Assembly: GCA_011772475.1 (NCBI GenBank)
Contig: WVZK01000134.1
Coordinates: forward strand, 70,793-134,792
Length of the DNA stretch: 64,000 nucleotides
DNA from: Candidatus Aminicenantes bacterium
GTDB taxonomy: Bacteria > Acidobacteriota > Aminicenantia > Aminicenantales > Aminicenantaceae
Direction: 5' to 3'
This document shows positions 27,889 to 39,140 of the stretch, piece after piece. The number at the start of each line of letters is the position of its first letter. The stretch's first letter is position 1. The notes under the pieces were generated by a model. That model did not search any database, was not told where the DNA came from, and saw only the letters and a list, made by a program, of their open reading frames with translations. Made by a program: the position numbers and the translations under genes.

Positions 27889-28617
27889 CTATTGCTTCAG
27901 TGCTGACAGTTTTTTCAGAGTGCCAATTTCTTTTTTGGTGAGATAGCGCCATTTTCCTGCCTTAAGAGTCCCCAATCTTAGGCTTCCAAAACCTATTCTT
28001 TGCAGATGAAGAACCTTGTGGCCGACAGCTTTGAACATCCTTTTAACCTCTCTTTTTCTGCCCTCAAATATTTCAATCTTAAAGAGACTCTTTTTTGGAT
28101 CGCTTTTAATCTGAGCAACCTTGGCTGGAGCTGTCTTTTTGCCGTCGAGGTAAATTCCTTTTTCGATTCTTGCAAGATCTGAAGAATCTGGCTCGCCCAT
28201 GACTTTAGCCAGATAAACTTTTGGGACTTTAAAGCGAGGATGAGTCAGGCGATATGCCAATTCTCCGTCATTCATCATGAGCAGAAGGCCGCTGCTGTCA
28301 TAGTCCAACCTTCCGACAGGAAAGATCCTCTGCCTCAAAGAAGGTAGCAATTTCTCAATCGTTGGCCTTTTGAAATTATCTCTGAGAGTTACCAGATACC
28401 CTGGAGGCTTATTCAGCATCAAATAGACCATTCCTTCCTCTTTATCCACTCTCCTGCCATCAACTTCTACTCTGTCCTTCTCATCATCTATTTTGCTTCC
28501 CAGTACCTTGACCACCTGCCCGTTTACTTTAACTCTTCCCTCAGTAATCATCTTATCGACTTCTCTTCTTGAAGCAATCCCTGCCTGAGATAAAAATTTA
28601 TTCAGCCTAATCTGCAT
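27889..28617 (-). CDS. rRNA pseudouridine synthase (RsuA/RluB family) with an S4 domain
   Basis: S4 motif RLNKFLSQAGIASRREVDKMI and catalytic VGRLDYDSSGLLL. Confidence 0.8.
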   Translation of the reverse strand: MQIRLNKFLSQAGIASRREVDKMITEGRVKVNGQVVKVLGSKIDDEKDRVEVDGRRVDKEEGMVYLMLNKPPGYLVTLRDNFKRPTIEKLLPSLRQRIFPVGRLDYDSSGLLLMMNDGELAYRLTHPRFKVPKVYLAKVMGEPDSSDLARIEKGIYLDGKKTAPAKVAQIKSDPKKSLFKIEIFEGRKREVKRMFKAVGHKVLHLQRIGFGSLRLGTLKAGKWRYLTKKEIGTLKKLSALKQ

Positions 28618-28619
28618 TT

Positions 28620-29726
28620 TTAGTAGTCTCTTCCCAAAAGGTGTATGTTCCCAATCCTTACTCTCTTAAGACCAGCTTCTGCGGCAGCCTCCTTGCATTC
28701 CTCGGCGTGGCGGCGAGATGTTGGAGGCATATCACGAAAATAAAAATGAGGGAAAAAACCCAGCAGGGAGTATGGGATTTCAGGATCGAGTGAAGCTATG
28801 AATTTTGCTATAAGATAAACCTCGTTTCTATCTATATAGCCTGGAACAAGGAGTGTGCTGGCCACGACCAAAGGCGGATCTTTTCTCTTTTTAATCCAAC
28901 CTGCTGCCAGCTCAAAATTGATCTTAGTTTGATCGTTGCTCCTTCCGCATAAGGCAATGTTCAGGCTGGGATGAAACGTTTTCAGATCAAATTTCACACA
29001 ACCACCGCTCTCTAATGCAACATCCAAAATCTCTTCCAAGAATCGGCTGTTCATGGTTCCGTTTGTTTCCCAGCAGAACCTCAATATTTTTTTGTCTTTT
29101 TGGGCCAGGGCAAGGCGGGAGGTGTGGAGTGAATGGAGGAGCTGCGGCGAAGGATCCCCCCCGAAATAGCAGACACAGGAAGTCTTATTGTCAACGGCCA
29201 GAGACAATTCAGCAGACGAATCAGGCATTTTCATTTTTAAATCTTCCCTGAAATGCCAGTTTTGACAGAAAAGGCAGTTGAAGGTGCAGCCGTGATAAAA
29301 TACAGCCAGGTTTTTATACCCATATTCAGCAGTTTGGGCATAAGCATAACGGGGAAAACCAGCACCAGTCCCACCAGGACAAACCCAATCCCCGACACAA
29401 TTTGTGGGAAGCGCGTCGTAATACCAAGAGAAAAAGCCCTGCTTGGGGGGAGGGCTGATTTTTTTGCCATCTTCATTCTCCCTTACTCCGCAGTAACCTA
29501 CTTCACCTTTTCCTATCTGGCACTTGTTGAAACAGTAATTGCACGATATTCCACCCTTTTCTTGAGGCGGGGATGGAGGAAGATTAAAGGCTTCCCTTGA
29601 GATTTGATGAGCCTTACGAATAAGAGACTCAACGCCCTTGAAATCAGAAAGGATGCAATCGCGGCATATGCCCAGGAACTTAGATATAGTGGTATATTCG
29701 TTGCCACAATTTATGCATTTGCCCAT
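28620..29726 (-). CDS. Radical SAM enzyme with an N-terminal Cys-rich extension (PflA-like / AmmeMemoRadiSam-type)
   Basis: CTFNCLFCQN (Cx3Cx2C) radical SAM cluster motif. N-terminal CINCGN...CRDC and CNYCFNKC Cys clusters. FGGDPS glycine-rich SAM motif. Confidence 0.55.
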   Translation of the reverse strand: MGKCINCGNEYTTISKFLGICRDCILSDFKGVESLIRKAHQISREAFNLPPSPPQEKGGISCNYCFNKCQIGKGEVGYCGVRENEDGKKISPPPKQGFFSWYYDALPTNCVGDWVCPGGTGAGFPRYAYAQTAEYGYKNLAVFYHGCTFNCLFCQNWHFREDLKMKMPDSSAELSLAVDNKTSCVCYFGGDPSPQLLHSLHTSRLALAQKDKKILRFCWETNGTMNSRFLEEILDVALESGGCVKFDLKTFHPSLNIALCGRSNDQTKINFELAAGWIKKRKDPPLVVASTLLVPGYIDRNEVYLIAKFIASLDPEIPYSLLGFFPHFYFRDMPPTSRRHAEECKEAAAEAGLKRVRIGNIHLLGRDY

Positions 29727-29734
29727 TGTTTCAA

Positions 29735-29836
29735 AGGTGGGTTTGATAAATCAAACCCCTACATTGATTATAAATCATTGATTGTATTTTAAAAGGTGGA
29801 TTTAATAAATTAAACCCCTACGATAAATCAAGCGCC
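29735..29836. repeat. Hairpin repeat family 1 copies (GGTGGGTTTGATAAATCAAACCCCTAC plus variant GGTGGATTTAATAAATTAAACCCCTAC) in a tandem-gene intergenic region
   Basis: Palindromic arms GGGTTTGAT/ATCAAACCC, with a second divergent copy 50 bp away. Confidence 0.6.
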
Positions 29837-29844
29837 TAAATCTT

Positions 29845-30450
29845 TTATAGTTCTTCCAGTCGAGGCTTGGCAAGGATTTCCATGATTCTGAGGTCAAAAA
29901 AATTTTGAGCATGGGCTGGCTTCATTAGGATAGCTGTATCAGCCCCTCGGCCAGAGCCCCCTACAGAAATACAGGGTTCGCTTGTCGGGATGAGCCCTGC
30001 ATCTGCAGTCATGAGCGCAATCTCAACAGCAACCTTTGTTCCTTCGCCAAAAATTCGCAGAGTATAAGCAATTATCTCTTCCAGCTCATAGGTTTCCAGT
30101 TTTTTCCTGACTGCCCGACCTACTCCTCCAAAAGCATGCTGACAGGTCAGAATTTTGGCTCCAGCTTCTTCGATTTTCTTCCGAAATTCTGGAAGAAGTT
30201 GCTGGTAATCAGGCTTTACAAAACCCGTAGAATGGCTAACAACTACCAAATTTTTCGAGGCAAAAATATTGGCTGCCATTAAGCCTGTCTCTCCCGATGT
30301 GCTGGCTACAACAACATTTTGAATCCCCAACTCCTCGGCCCTCTTCGCTGCTGCTTCCAGAGTTTTGCTAGTATTCTCCTTACCAGTTTTTTTGAAATAA
30401 ACACAAGAACCAGTCAATTCAGATGAATCGCTTTTATTTTCTGCTGACAT
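29845..30450 (-). CDS. Pyruvate-kinase C-terminal (alpha/beta) domain-like stand-alone protein; function unknown
   Basis: A 201-aa protein with Rossmann-like composition (VVVASTSGETGL, AGAKILTC). Resembles stand-alone PK_C domain proteins. Weak assignment. Confidence 0.4.
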   Translation of the reverse strand: MSAENKSDSSELTGSCVYFKKTGKENTSKTLEAAAKRAEELGIQNVVVASTSGETGLMAANIFASKNLVVVSHSTGFVKPDYQQLLPEFRKKIEEAGAKILTCQHAFGGVGRAVRKKLETYELEEIIAYTLRIFGEGTKVAVEIALMTADAGLIPTSEPCISVGGSGRGADTAILMKPAHAQNFFDLRIMEILAKPRLEEL

Positions 30451-30530
30451 TGATCATTCTCCTTTCTAACAAAAGTGCCTTGCTCACATCTCCGCTTATT
30501 TTGTTTTCTCCATAAAGAGTTGTCAAGAGT

Positions 30531-30605
30531 GGTCAGACCTTGCTTTTTGCCTGTCTGTAAAAATTGAGTTTGTATGGGCAAAAGCAAAAAACAAGACCTG
30601 ACCCC
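30531..30605. repeat. Short MITE-like element B: GGTCAGACCTTGCTTTTTGCC ... GGGCAAAAGCAAAAAACAAGACCTGACCCC
   Basis: A 75-bp element with terminal inverted repeats that match element A's ends. Confidence 0.5.
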
Positions 30606-30660
30606 ATAAACCTTTGCTTTTCTGTTGCGTATCAAATAATGTAAAATATTAACACGGAAG

Positions 30661-31896
30661 ATGGCTAGAATTAACCTTAATGAATCTGTCTCTATGGCCA
30701 TGAGCTCTCTCTGGTCAAATAAACTAAGGACATTCCTGACTTTACTGGGAATAATCATCGGAGTTCTCACTATTATCGCGGTTGTCTCAATAATCCAGGG
30801 TTTGAATAACTATGTCTATACAAAATTTGCTTTCTATGGCGCCAATGATTTTTCAGTCTCAAAATATCCGATGAATATTACCTCTTTGAAACAATGGCGA
30901 GAAATACTCAAGAGAAAAAATCTTACCTTAGACGATATGAGGCTTCTCCGCAGCCAGTGCAAATCATGCGAGCTTGTGGGAGCAACTGTCAATACCATGA
31001 GGACCGTGAAATTCGGGAATCAATACCTTAAAGATGTTAACATAAGAGGAGTTACCCACCTTGACCACATAATCGGATCAGTTGTGGAGCTGGAGAGAGG
31101 ACGGCATTTCCAAAGAGAAGACGAAGAGCACTCCCGCTATGTCTGTATCATCGGAGCAGATATAGTAGAGAAACTGTTTCCTTATCTGGACCCCCTGGGG
31201 AAGCGGATAAAAATCGGCAACCACAATTTTTTAGTTGTCGGCCTCGGGAAGAAGAAAGGAAAAGTTATTGGATTTAGTCAGGACAACTACGTCCGTATGC
31301 CGATCTCAACTTTTCATAAAATATACGGCTCAAGAAGAAGCATCGACATCAATATCCATACGCTCTCACAGGAGCAGCTGAAAACGGCTCAAGAGGAAGT
31401 GAGAACAATCCTTCGATCCAAGCGCCATCTTTCGTTCAAAGATTCTGACGACTTTTCTTTTGCGAGTTCAGATACTTTTATTCAAATGTACAAAACACTG
31501 ACTTCAAGCATCTATTTTGCCATGGTTGCTATCTCCTCCATTGCCCTGCTGGTGGGAGGTATTGTGGTCATGAATATCATGCTCGTTGCTGTAACTGAAA
31601 GAACAAAGGAGATAGGCATTCGTATGGCAATAGGCGCTCGCCGTAGTGACATATTGGTCCAATTTTTGATAGAGGCTGCTGCTATTTCCACAACTGGCGG
31701 AATGATAGGCATCCTGATTGGGTTTGTGATTGCCAAGATCTTCACGGCTGCCACTTCTTGGCCTTCAAGCATAGAGCCTGTCTCAATCGCGGTGGCTATT
31801 TTTGTTTCAGCTTCAGTGGGCATCTTTTTCGGCATCTATCCTGCCAACAAAGCTGCAAAGCTTGATCCTATTGAAGCGTTGAGGGCAGAACAATGA
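30661..31896 (+). CDS. ABC transporter permease, FtsX/MacB-type (N-terminal TM, periplasmic domain, three C-terminal TMs)
   Basis: KLRTFLTLLGIIIGVLTIIAVVSIIQGLN N-terminal helix and a C-terminal FtsX domain with ERTKEIGIRMAIGARRSDIL. Confidence 0.75.
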   Translation: MARINLNESVSMAMSSLWSNKLRTFLTLLGIIIGVLTIIAVVSIIQGLNNYVYTKFAFYGANDFSVSKYPMNITSLKQWREILKRKNLTLDDMRLLRSQCKSCELVGATVNTMRTVKFGNQYLKDVNIRGVTHLDHIIGSVVELERGRHFQREDEEHSRYVCIIGADIVEKLFPYLDPLGKRIKIGNHNFLVVGLGKKKGKVIGFSQDNYVRMPISTFHKIYGSRRSIDINIHTLSQEQLKTAQEEVRTILRSKRHLSFKDSDDFSFASSDTFIQMYKTLTSSIYFAMVAISSIALLVGGIVVMNIMLVAVTERTKEIGIRMAIGARRSDILVQFLIEAAAISTTGGMIGILIGFVIAKIFTAATSWPSSIEPVSIAVAIFVSASVGIFFGIYPANKAAKLDPIEALRAEQ

Positions 31897-33137
31897 GATT
31901 GGGAATCCTTAAAGAAATTGTTCAGATGGCTCTTGAATCCCTTAGGAGCCATAAACTCCGGTCTTTCTTAACCTTGCTGGGAATCATGATCGGTGTGATG
32001 ACAGTTATCGGGATGGTTTCTATCATCCAAGGCTTAAACCGTTCTTTCATCGGAGAGCTTGAATCAATCGGCTCGGATTTGATCTTCGTGGGCAAACACG
32101 AGCCAATTCAAGTTGGCCATCGTACAGAGGAGGAAAGAAAGAGAAAAGACCTTACGTTCGAAGATGCGCAGGCCATAGAGCGGGAATGTTCATTGGTTAA
32201 AGCTGTGGCGGTCGACCTCGTTGCGGATGTGTGGGAAAGCATCCCGATCAAATACAAGAATATTAAAAGTCTGGACTCCGTAGTATTGGGGATGAACGAA
32301 AAATTCCCTCAGGTTCTATCTGTTTATCTCCCAGAGGAAGGAAGATTCTTGATAGAATCGGATATTACCCATAGCACAAAAGTCTGTGTCCTCGGCTCTG
32401 AACTAAATGATATTCTCTTTCCCCATACAAATGCTCTAGGAAAGGAGATAAGGATCGGTCCGGAAAAGTTCACGGTCGTGGGCACACTTGAAAAAAGGGG
32501 TAGCATCTTCGGTCAGAGCCAGGACAATTTTGTAGGTATCCCGATCACAACGCTGATGAAGTATTATCCCTACCACCTTGAAAATATTGAGATAACGGCC
32601 GCACCCAAAAAACATGGCTATCTAGAAGAAACCATCGACCAGATAACCAACGTTCTTCGAAAAAGAAGAAAAGTCGAGTTTGGAAAACCCAACGATTTTG
32701 TTATCTCCACCCAGGGCACGTTTGTTGAACTTTATAACCAGATCACTGGAGCCGTCTATATGGTCATGATTGTCATCTCTTCCATCGGCCTTCTAGTGGG
32801 TGGGATCGGAGTCATGAACATCATGCTCGTTTCCGTCAAAGAAAGAACGAGGGAGATCGGAATACGAAAAGCTATCGGAGCTCGCTCAGCAGACATTTTG
32901 AAGCAGTTTCTTATCGAGGCGATTTTTCTGACCGGCACAGGAGGGACATTAGGCGTAATTATCGGATTCGGTATAGCTTTCTTGGTCAGAGCAGCGACTC
33001 CTCTTCCGACTTCTGTCACCTCTTGGTCAATTATTTTGGGATTATTTGTCTCAATCTCTGTTGGTCTTTTCTTTGGAATTTTCCCTGCCCGAAAAGCAGC
33101 CAACCTTGATCCAATTGTTTCTTTAAGATACGAATAA
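31893..33137 (+). CDS. Second FtsX/MacB-type ABC permease, paralogous to the upstream gene and overlapping it by 4 bp
   Basis: KLRSFLTLLGIMIGVMTVIGMVSIIQGLN and ERTREIGIRKAIGARSADIL. Confidence 0.75.
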   Translation: MRLGILKEIVQMALESLRSHKLRSFLTLLGIMIGVMTVIGMVSIIQGLNRSFIGELESIGSDLIFVGKHEPIQVGHRTEEERKRKDLTFEDAQAIERECSLVKAVAVDLVADVWESIPIKYKNIKSLDSVVLGMNEKFPQVLSVYLPEEGRFLIESDITHSTKVCVLGSELNDILFPHTNALGKEIRIGPEKFTVVGTLEKRGSIFGQSQDNFVGIPITTLMKYYPYHLENIEITAAPKKHGYLEETIDQITNVLRKRRKVEFGKPNDFVISTQGTFVELYNQITGAVYMVMIVISSIGLLVGGIGVMNIMLVSVKERTREIGIRKAIGARSADILKQFLIEAIFLTGTGGTLGVIIGFGIAFLVRAATPLPTSVTSWSIILGLFVSISVGLFFGIFPARKAANLDPIVSLRYE

Positions 33138-33166
33138 GCAGCTTGGAGCCACTCTAAAAATATTAA

Positions 33167-33364
33167 CGTAGGATTTGATTTATCAAACCCACCTATGATT
33201 GATTTATTTGTAGGGGTTTGATTTATCAAACCTACCTATGATTGATTTATTTGTAGGGGTTTGATTTATCAAACCTACCGTTTTATTCGGAAATTTGGGA
33301 AGAGGGGCTTGATGAATCAAGCCCCTACAATGAATCAAGCCCCTACGGTGAATCAAGCCCACCC
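33167..33364. repeat. Tandem array of hairpin repeat family 1: two full 44-bp units (33193-33236, 33237-33279) plus a partial, then three GAATCAAGCCCCTAC-type units
   Basis: TATGATTGATTTATTTGTAGGGGTTTGATTTATCAAACCTACC repeated with period 44, followed by GAGGGGCTTGATGAATCAAGCCCCTACAATGAATCAAGCCCCTACGGTGAATCAAGCCC. Confidence 0.7.
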
Positions 33365-33394
33365 AAGAAGGACTGTTTTCTAAATAATTATGTT

Positions 33395-34606
33395 TTAAAG
33401 ATTTGGTCCTATCTTTTTTTTGACAAACTCAAAGGCTTTGTTCAAAGCCTGGTTAAGATTCTCTTTTTCCTCTCCAGCGACTTCAACCAAAGAAGGCCTC
33501 CCTCCTCCTTTGCCTTTTATCAAGGGAGATACCAGAGGAACAAGTTCTCTCATGTCTATGTCGAGATTCTCAGAGCAGGCCAGAATAAGATGTCCCCTTT
33601 CTTCTCCCTCCTGGCCAAAGAGAACAACAAAATCCCCCTTTTTTATAATGTTCAGTGCCAGGTATCTCGCCTCTTCTAGTGTTTTATCAACAAAGACTTC
33701 TTTTATTATCTTTTCCTTCGCATCTTGAGTGATTTCCTGAGCTTCATACTGGGCAATTTTTTCCTGCAGCTTCTTCCCCGCTCTTCTTTGTGACTTTAAA
33801 TCTGAAGAAAGTTTCTCAACAGTATTGAGAACCTCCTCCTCACTTACAGTGAACCTGGTGGAAAGCTCACGAACAATTCTGCTTTTCCGCAAATAGTCTT
33901 CTAATGCCCTTGCGCCGCAGATGAATTCAAACCGAATATTGTTCCTTATTCTTTCCAGCCTTAGAATTTTTATCAAGCCGATTTCACCTGTCCTGCGGAC
34001 ATGCGTCCCTCCACAGGCAGAAAAATCAAAATCCGAGACCTCCACGACTCGAATGAGCCCCTTTTTTTTAGGCGGTCTTCTCAGCGGAACACTCTCGATC
34101 TTTTCTTCAGGAACGAAGTAGCATTTTATCTCTCTGTCCTCATACACAATCTCATTAGCGCGCCTCTCTATCTGCTCAATCTCGTCTTCTGAAATCTTCC
34201 TTAAGTCCATCTCTAAGGTAGAAAAAGATTCTCCCAGATGGAAAGCGAGAGTCTCTGCCGCCAAGAGCTCATGAAAACTCTGGGAAAGAATATGCTGACC
34301 AGAGTGCTGCTGCATATGGTCGAAACGAGTCTTCCAGTCAATTTTTCCCGCCACTTTGCCGGCAGGCATGTCCTCAGCAACAAGGTGGATAATCCTTGCC
34401 TCATCTTCTAATACCTTTAGCACTTCCACTTCATTTATCGATCCTTTATCACTAGGCTGCCCCCCCGATTCTGGATAAAAGCAGGTTTGGTCAAGGATTA
34501 AGGCAGGTTTTTTCTCCCATATCATTTTGTCTGCGACTCGAGCCTCAAACTCGACCTGGTAAGGATTTTCAAGATACAGCCGTTTTGTTTCCTGTTTCAT
34601 TTTCAA
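33395..34606 (-). CDS. alaX: Alanyl-tRNA editing protein, AlaX-L type (AlaRS/ThrRS second additional domain)
   Basis: HSGQHIL (HxxxH) and CGGTHV (CxxxH) zinc motifs of the AlaX editing domain. About 400 aa with a C-terminal GGGRP DHHA1-like region. Confidence 0.7.
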   Translation of the reverse strand: MKMKQETKRLYLENPYQVEFEARVADKMIWEKKPALILDQTCFYPESGGQPSDKGSINEVEVLKVLEDEARIIHLVAEDMPAGKVAGKIDWKTRFDHMQQHSGQHILSQSFHELLAAETLAFHLGESFSTLEMDLRKISEDEIEQIERRANEIVYEDREIKCYFVPEEKIESVPLRRPPKKKGLIRVVEVSDFDFSACGGTHVRRTGEIGLIKILRLERIRNNIRFEFICGARALEDYLRKSRIVRELSTRFTVSEEEVLNTVEKLSSDLKSQRRAGKKLQEKIAQYEAQEITQDAKEKIIKEVFVDKTLEEARYLALNIIKKGDFVVLFGQEGEERGHLILACSENLDIDMRELVPLVSPLIKGKGGGRPSLVEVAGEEKENLNQALNKAFEFVKKKIGPNL

Positions 34607-35274
34607 CCCTTCAATGAAGCCAGAATACGGCGAGTGATCTTAAAATGCTTCTTGGCAACTTTATCCAGGATTTCCGCTTTATGAAGTTTGATAAGCTTTA
34701 GCCCGGCTTCTTCAACCAGAGATGATGATCCCTTAGGAAGTTCAAGCCCTAAATCCTGGGAGATAAAATAAAGGCGCTTCAGGAATTCAGCTCTCGCCAT
34801 AATCGAAGCCGCGGCCACGGCCAGATCCTCCTCAGCTTTTGGCTTCTGGATGAGCTCAATCTCCCTTCCTTTTTTCATAAGAGCGTTCAACACAAAAGAC
34901 TTATCGCCGAACTGGTCAGTGACGGCAACAGAGCAGTTTACTTCTTCCAGGATGTTCTCTATGGCGCGTGAATGAGCCCAAGCCAGGATTCTGTTTAGAT
35001 TTCTCAGCTTGGCATAAAGTTCATTGTACTTTTCAGGGCCGATAGCGACCAAGGAATGCTTGTATCCCTTTTTCAGGAGGTCTGCCAATTCCCTGACACG
35101 ATTATCAGAGATCTTTTTGCTGTCTCTTATGCCCAGCTCCTTAATGACATCCTGCTGGTCCTCGGGGATAAAAACTCCTGCAACCACGAGAGGTCCGAAA
35201 TAGTCTCCCTTTCCGGACTCATCCGTCCCGATTCGTCCTTTTTCGGGTGGAAATAGTTTTTCTTGCCGCATCAA
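34603..35274 (-). CDS. rnhB: Ribonuclease HII
   Basis: GTDESGKGDYFGPLVVAGVFI active-site N-terminus and RNase HII length. Confidence 0.8.
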   Translation of the reverse strand: MMRQEKLFPPEKGRIGTDESGKGDYFGPLVVAGVFIPEDQQDVIKELGIRDSKKISDNRVRELADLLKKGYKHSLVAIGPEKYNELYAKLRNLNRILAWAHSRAIENILEEVNCSVAVTDQFGDKSFVLNALMKKGREIELIQKPKAEEDLAVAAASIMARAEFLKRLYFISQDLGLELPKGSSSLVEEAGLKLIKLHKAEILDKVAKKHFKITRRILASLKG

Positions 35275-35288
35275 ACTATTATAATTGC

Positions 35289-36599
35289 TTAGCGCAGAAG
35301 ATATCTACCTTTAGCTTCTTTTATCAAATCCGGTCTGAATTTAGGGTGAGCAACATTTATCAGGGCAATGGTTCTCTCCTGCAAATTTTTCCCATGGAGA
35401 TAGGCAATTCCGTATTCTGTTACCACATACTTTACATCAGCTCTGGTTGTGACTACTCCTGCTCCTTTTTTCAAAAAAGGAACAATCCTGGAGACCTCCC
35501 CATCCTTAGCTGTAGAATGCAGTGCAATTATGGGTTTACCTCCTTTTGAATGAGCTGCTCCCCTTATGAAGTCAACCTGCCCTCCGAAGCCGCTATAGAT
35601 ATAAGTGCCGATTGAGTCAGAGCAGACCTGGCCTGTTATATCAACTTCTATGGCAGAATTGATGGCTATCATATTATCATTTCGGGAAACATTAAAAGGG
35701 TGATTTGTATAATTAGTAGGATGAGCTTCAAGGATTGGATTATTATCAGCAAACTCGTAAATTTTTTTGGAGCCCAAAATAAAGGTTAGGATGACTTTAT
35801 TAGGATGAAATGTCTTTCTAGCTCCAGTGATTATTCCTGCTTCGATGGCTTCCATAACTCCATCTGAAACCATTTCGGTATGTATACCTAAATCCCGTCT
35901 TTCCTTTAGAGCAGAAAGGACAGCATCAGGAATCCCCCCTATGCCTAACTGCAGAGTCGACCCATCCTCGATCAGCTCCGCGATAAAATGACCTATTTTT
36001 CGCTCCACCTCACTAAAAGGCTTTCTCTTCAATTCTGGCAATTCTTCAGACATTTCAACAATCTTGTCGACTCGAGAGACATGGATAAACGAATCCCCTA
36101 AAACACGAGGCATCTTCTCATTCACCTGAGCTATTACCTTTTTTGCTCTCTCTGCAGCAGCCTTGGAAGCCAACACTTCAACTCCAAAACTCATGAATCC
36201 ATGCTCATCAGGAGGGGAAAGATGAAGCATAGCCACATCGAGAGGCATTTGCTCTGAATAAATAAGGTCAGGAATCTGGTGTAAGAAGATAGGAATATAG
36301 TCGGCCCTTCCCTCGTTTATAGCTTTCCTATCTGCAGGACCTACAAACAGGGAATTATGACGAAAATGACCTTCCATCTCCGGCTTGGAGAGAGGATCCT
36401 CTCCCAAAAGAAGAACATGAACAAGTTCAACTTCTTCCAGCTCATCCTTTCTTCGAGCCAAGGAATTCATCAAGACACAAGGAGTGGCTGCGTTGCCGCT
36501 GATATAGATACGGTCATCGCTCTTGATCAAGGCTGCTGCTTCCTCTGCAGTTACCAGCTTTTCTTTATAGTCGTCCACCCAGCTCATCTGGATCCCCAT
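35289..36599 (-). CDS. Acetyl-CoA hydrolase/transferase family enzyme (4-hydroxybutyrate or succinyl-CoA:acetate CoA-transferase-like)
   Basis: YISGNAATP N-terminal motif, GIGGIPDAV and the GQVDF region typical of Cat1/Ach1-family CoA-transferases. Confidence 0.75.
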   Translation of the reverse strand: MGIQMSWVDDYKEKLVTAEEAAALIKSDDRIYISGNAATPCVLMNSLARRKDELEEVELVHVLLLGEDPLSKPEMEGHFRHNSLFVGPADRKAINEGRADYIPIFLHQIPDLIYSEQMPLDVAMLHLSPPDEHGFMSFGVEVLASKAAAERAKKVIAQVNEKMPRVLGDSFIHVSRVDKIVEMSEELPELKRKPFSEVERKIGHFIAELIEDGSTLQLGIGGIPDAVLSALKERRDLGIHTEMVSDGVMEAIEAGIITGARKTFHPNKVILTFILGSKKIYEFADNNPILEAHPTNYTNHPFNVSRNDNMIAINSAIEVDITGQVCSDSIGTYIYSGFGGQVDFIRGAAHSKGGKPIIALHSTAKDGEVSRIVPFLKKGAGVVTTRADVKYVVTEYGIAYLHGKNLQERTIALINVAHPKFRPDLIKEAKGRYLLR

Positions 36600-36749
36600 G
36601 TATCAATAAATAGCATTGAGATAAATTATTAATTATCGTTTCGTTCAATAAGACTAGATTATATCTCTTTACTTAAATATACCTTAATATACTTTTCGTT
36701 ACTTTTATACCAGTTATGTTTGTTCTTTGCTGTTCACAGAGTTAAGCTT

Positions 36750-36783
36750 TAATGAATCAAATCCCTACAAATAAATCCTCTAC
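36750..36783. repeat. Degenerate hairpin repeat family 1 copy (AATGAATCAAATCCCTACAAATAAATCCTCTACA)
   Basis: Shares the ATCAAA(C/T)CCCTAC core. Lies at the 3' end of the nfnB-like gene. Confidence 0.35.
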
Positions 36784-36786
36784 ATC

Positions 36787-39139
<2,353 letters not shown>

Positions 39140-39140
<1 letters not shown>

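Noticed and set aside
33167-33364. Regularly spaced repeats that could be mistaken for a CRISPR array
   Set aside because: The repeat units are palindromic hairpins with a 44-bp period and no unique spacer sequences between them. The same motif is dispersed singly at at least five other intergenic sites. No cas genes are in the window.
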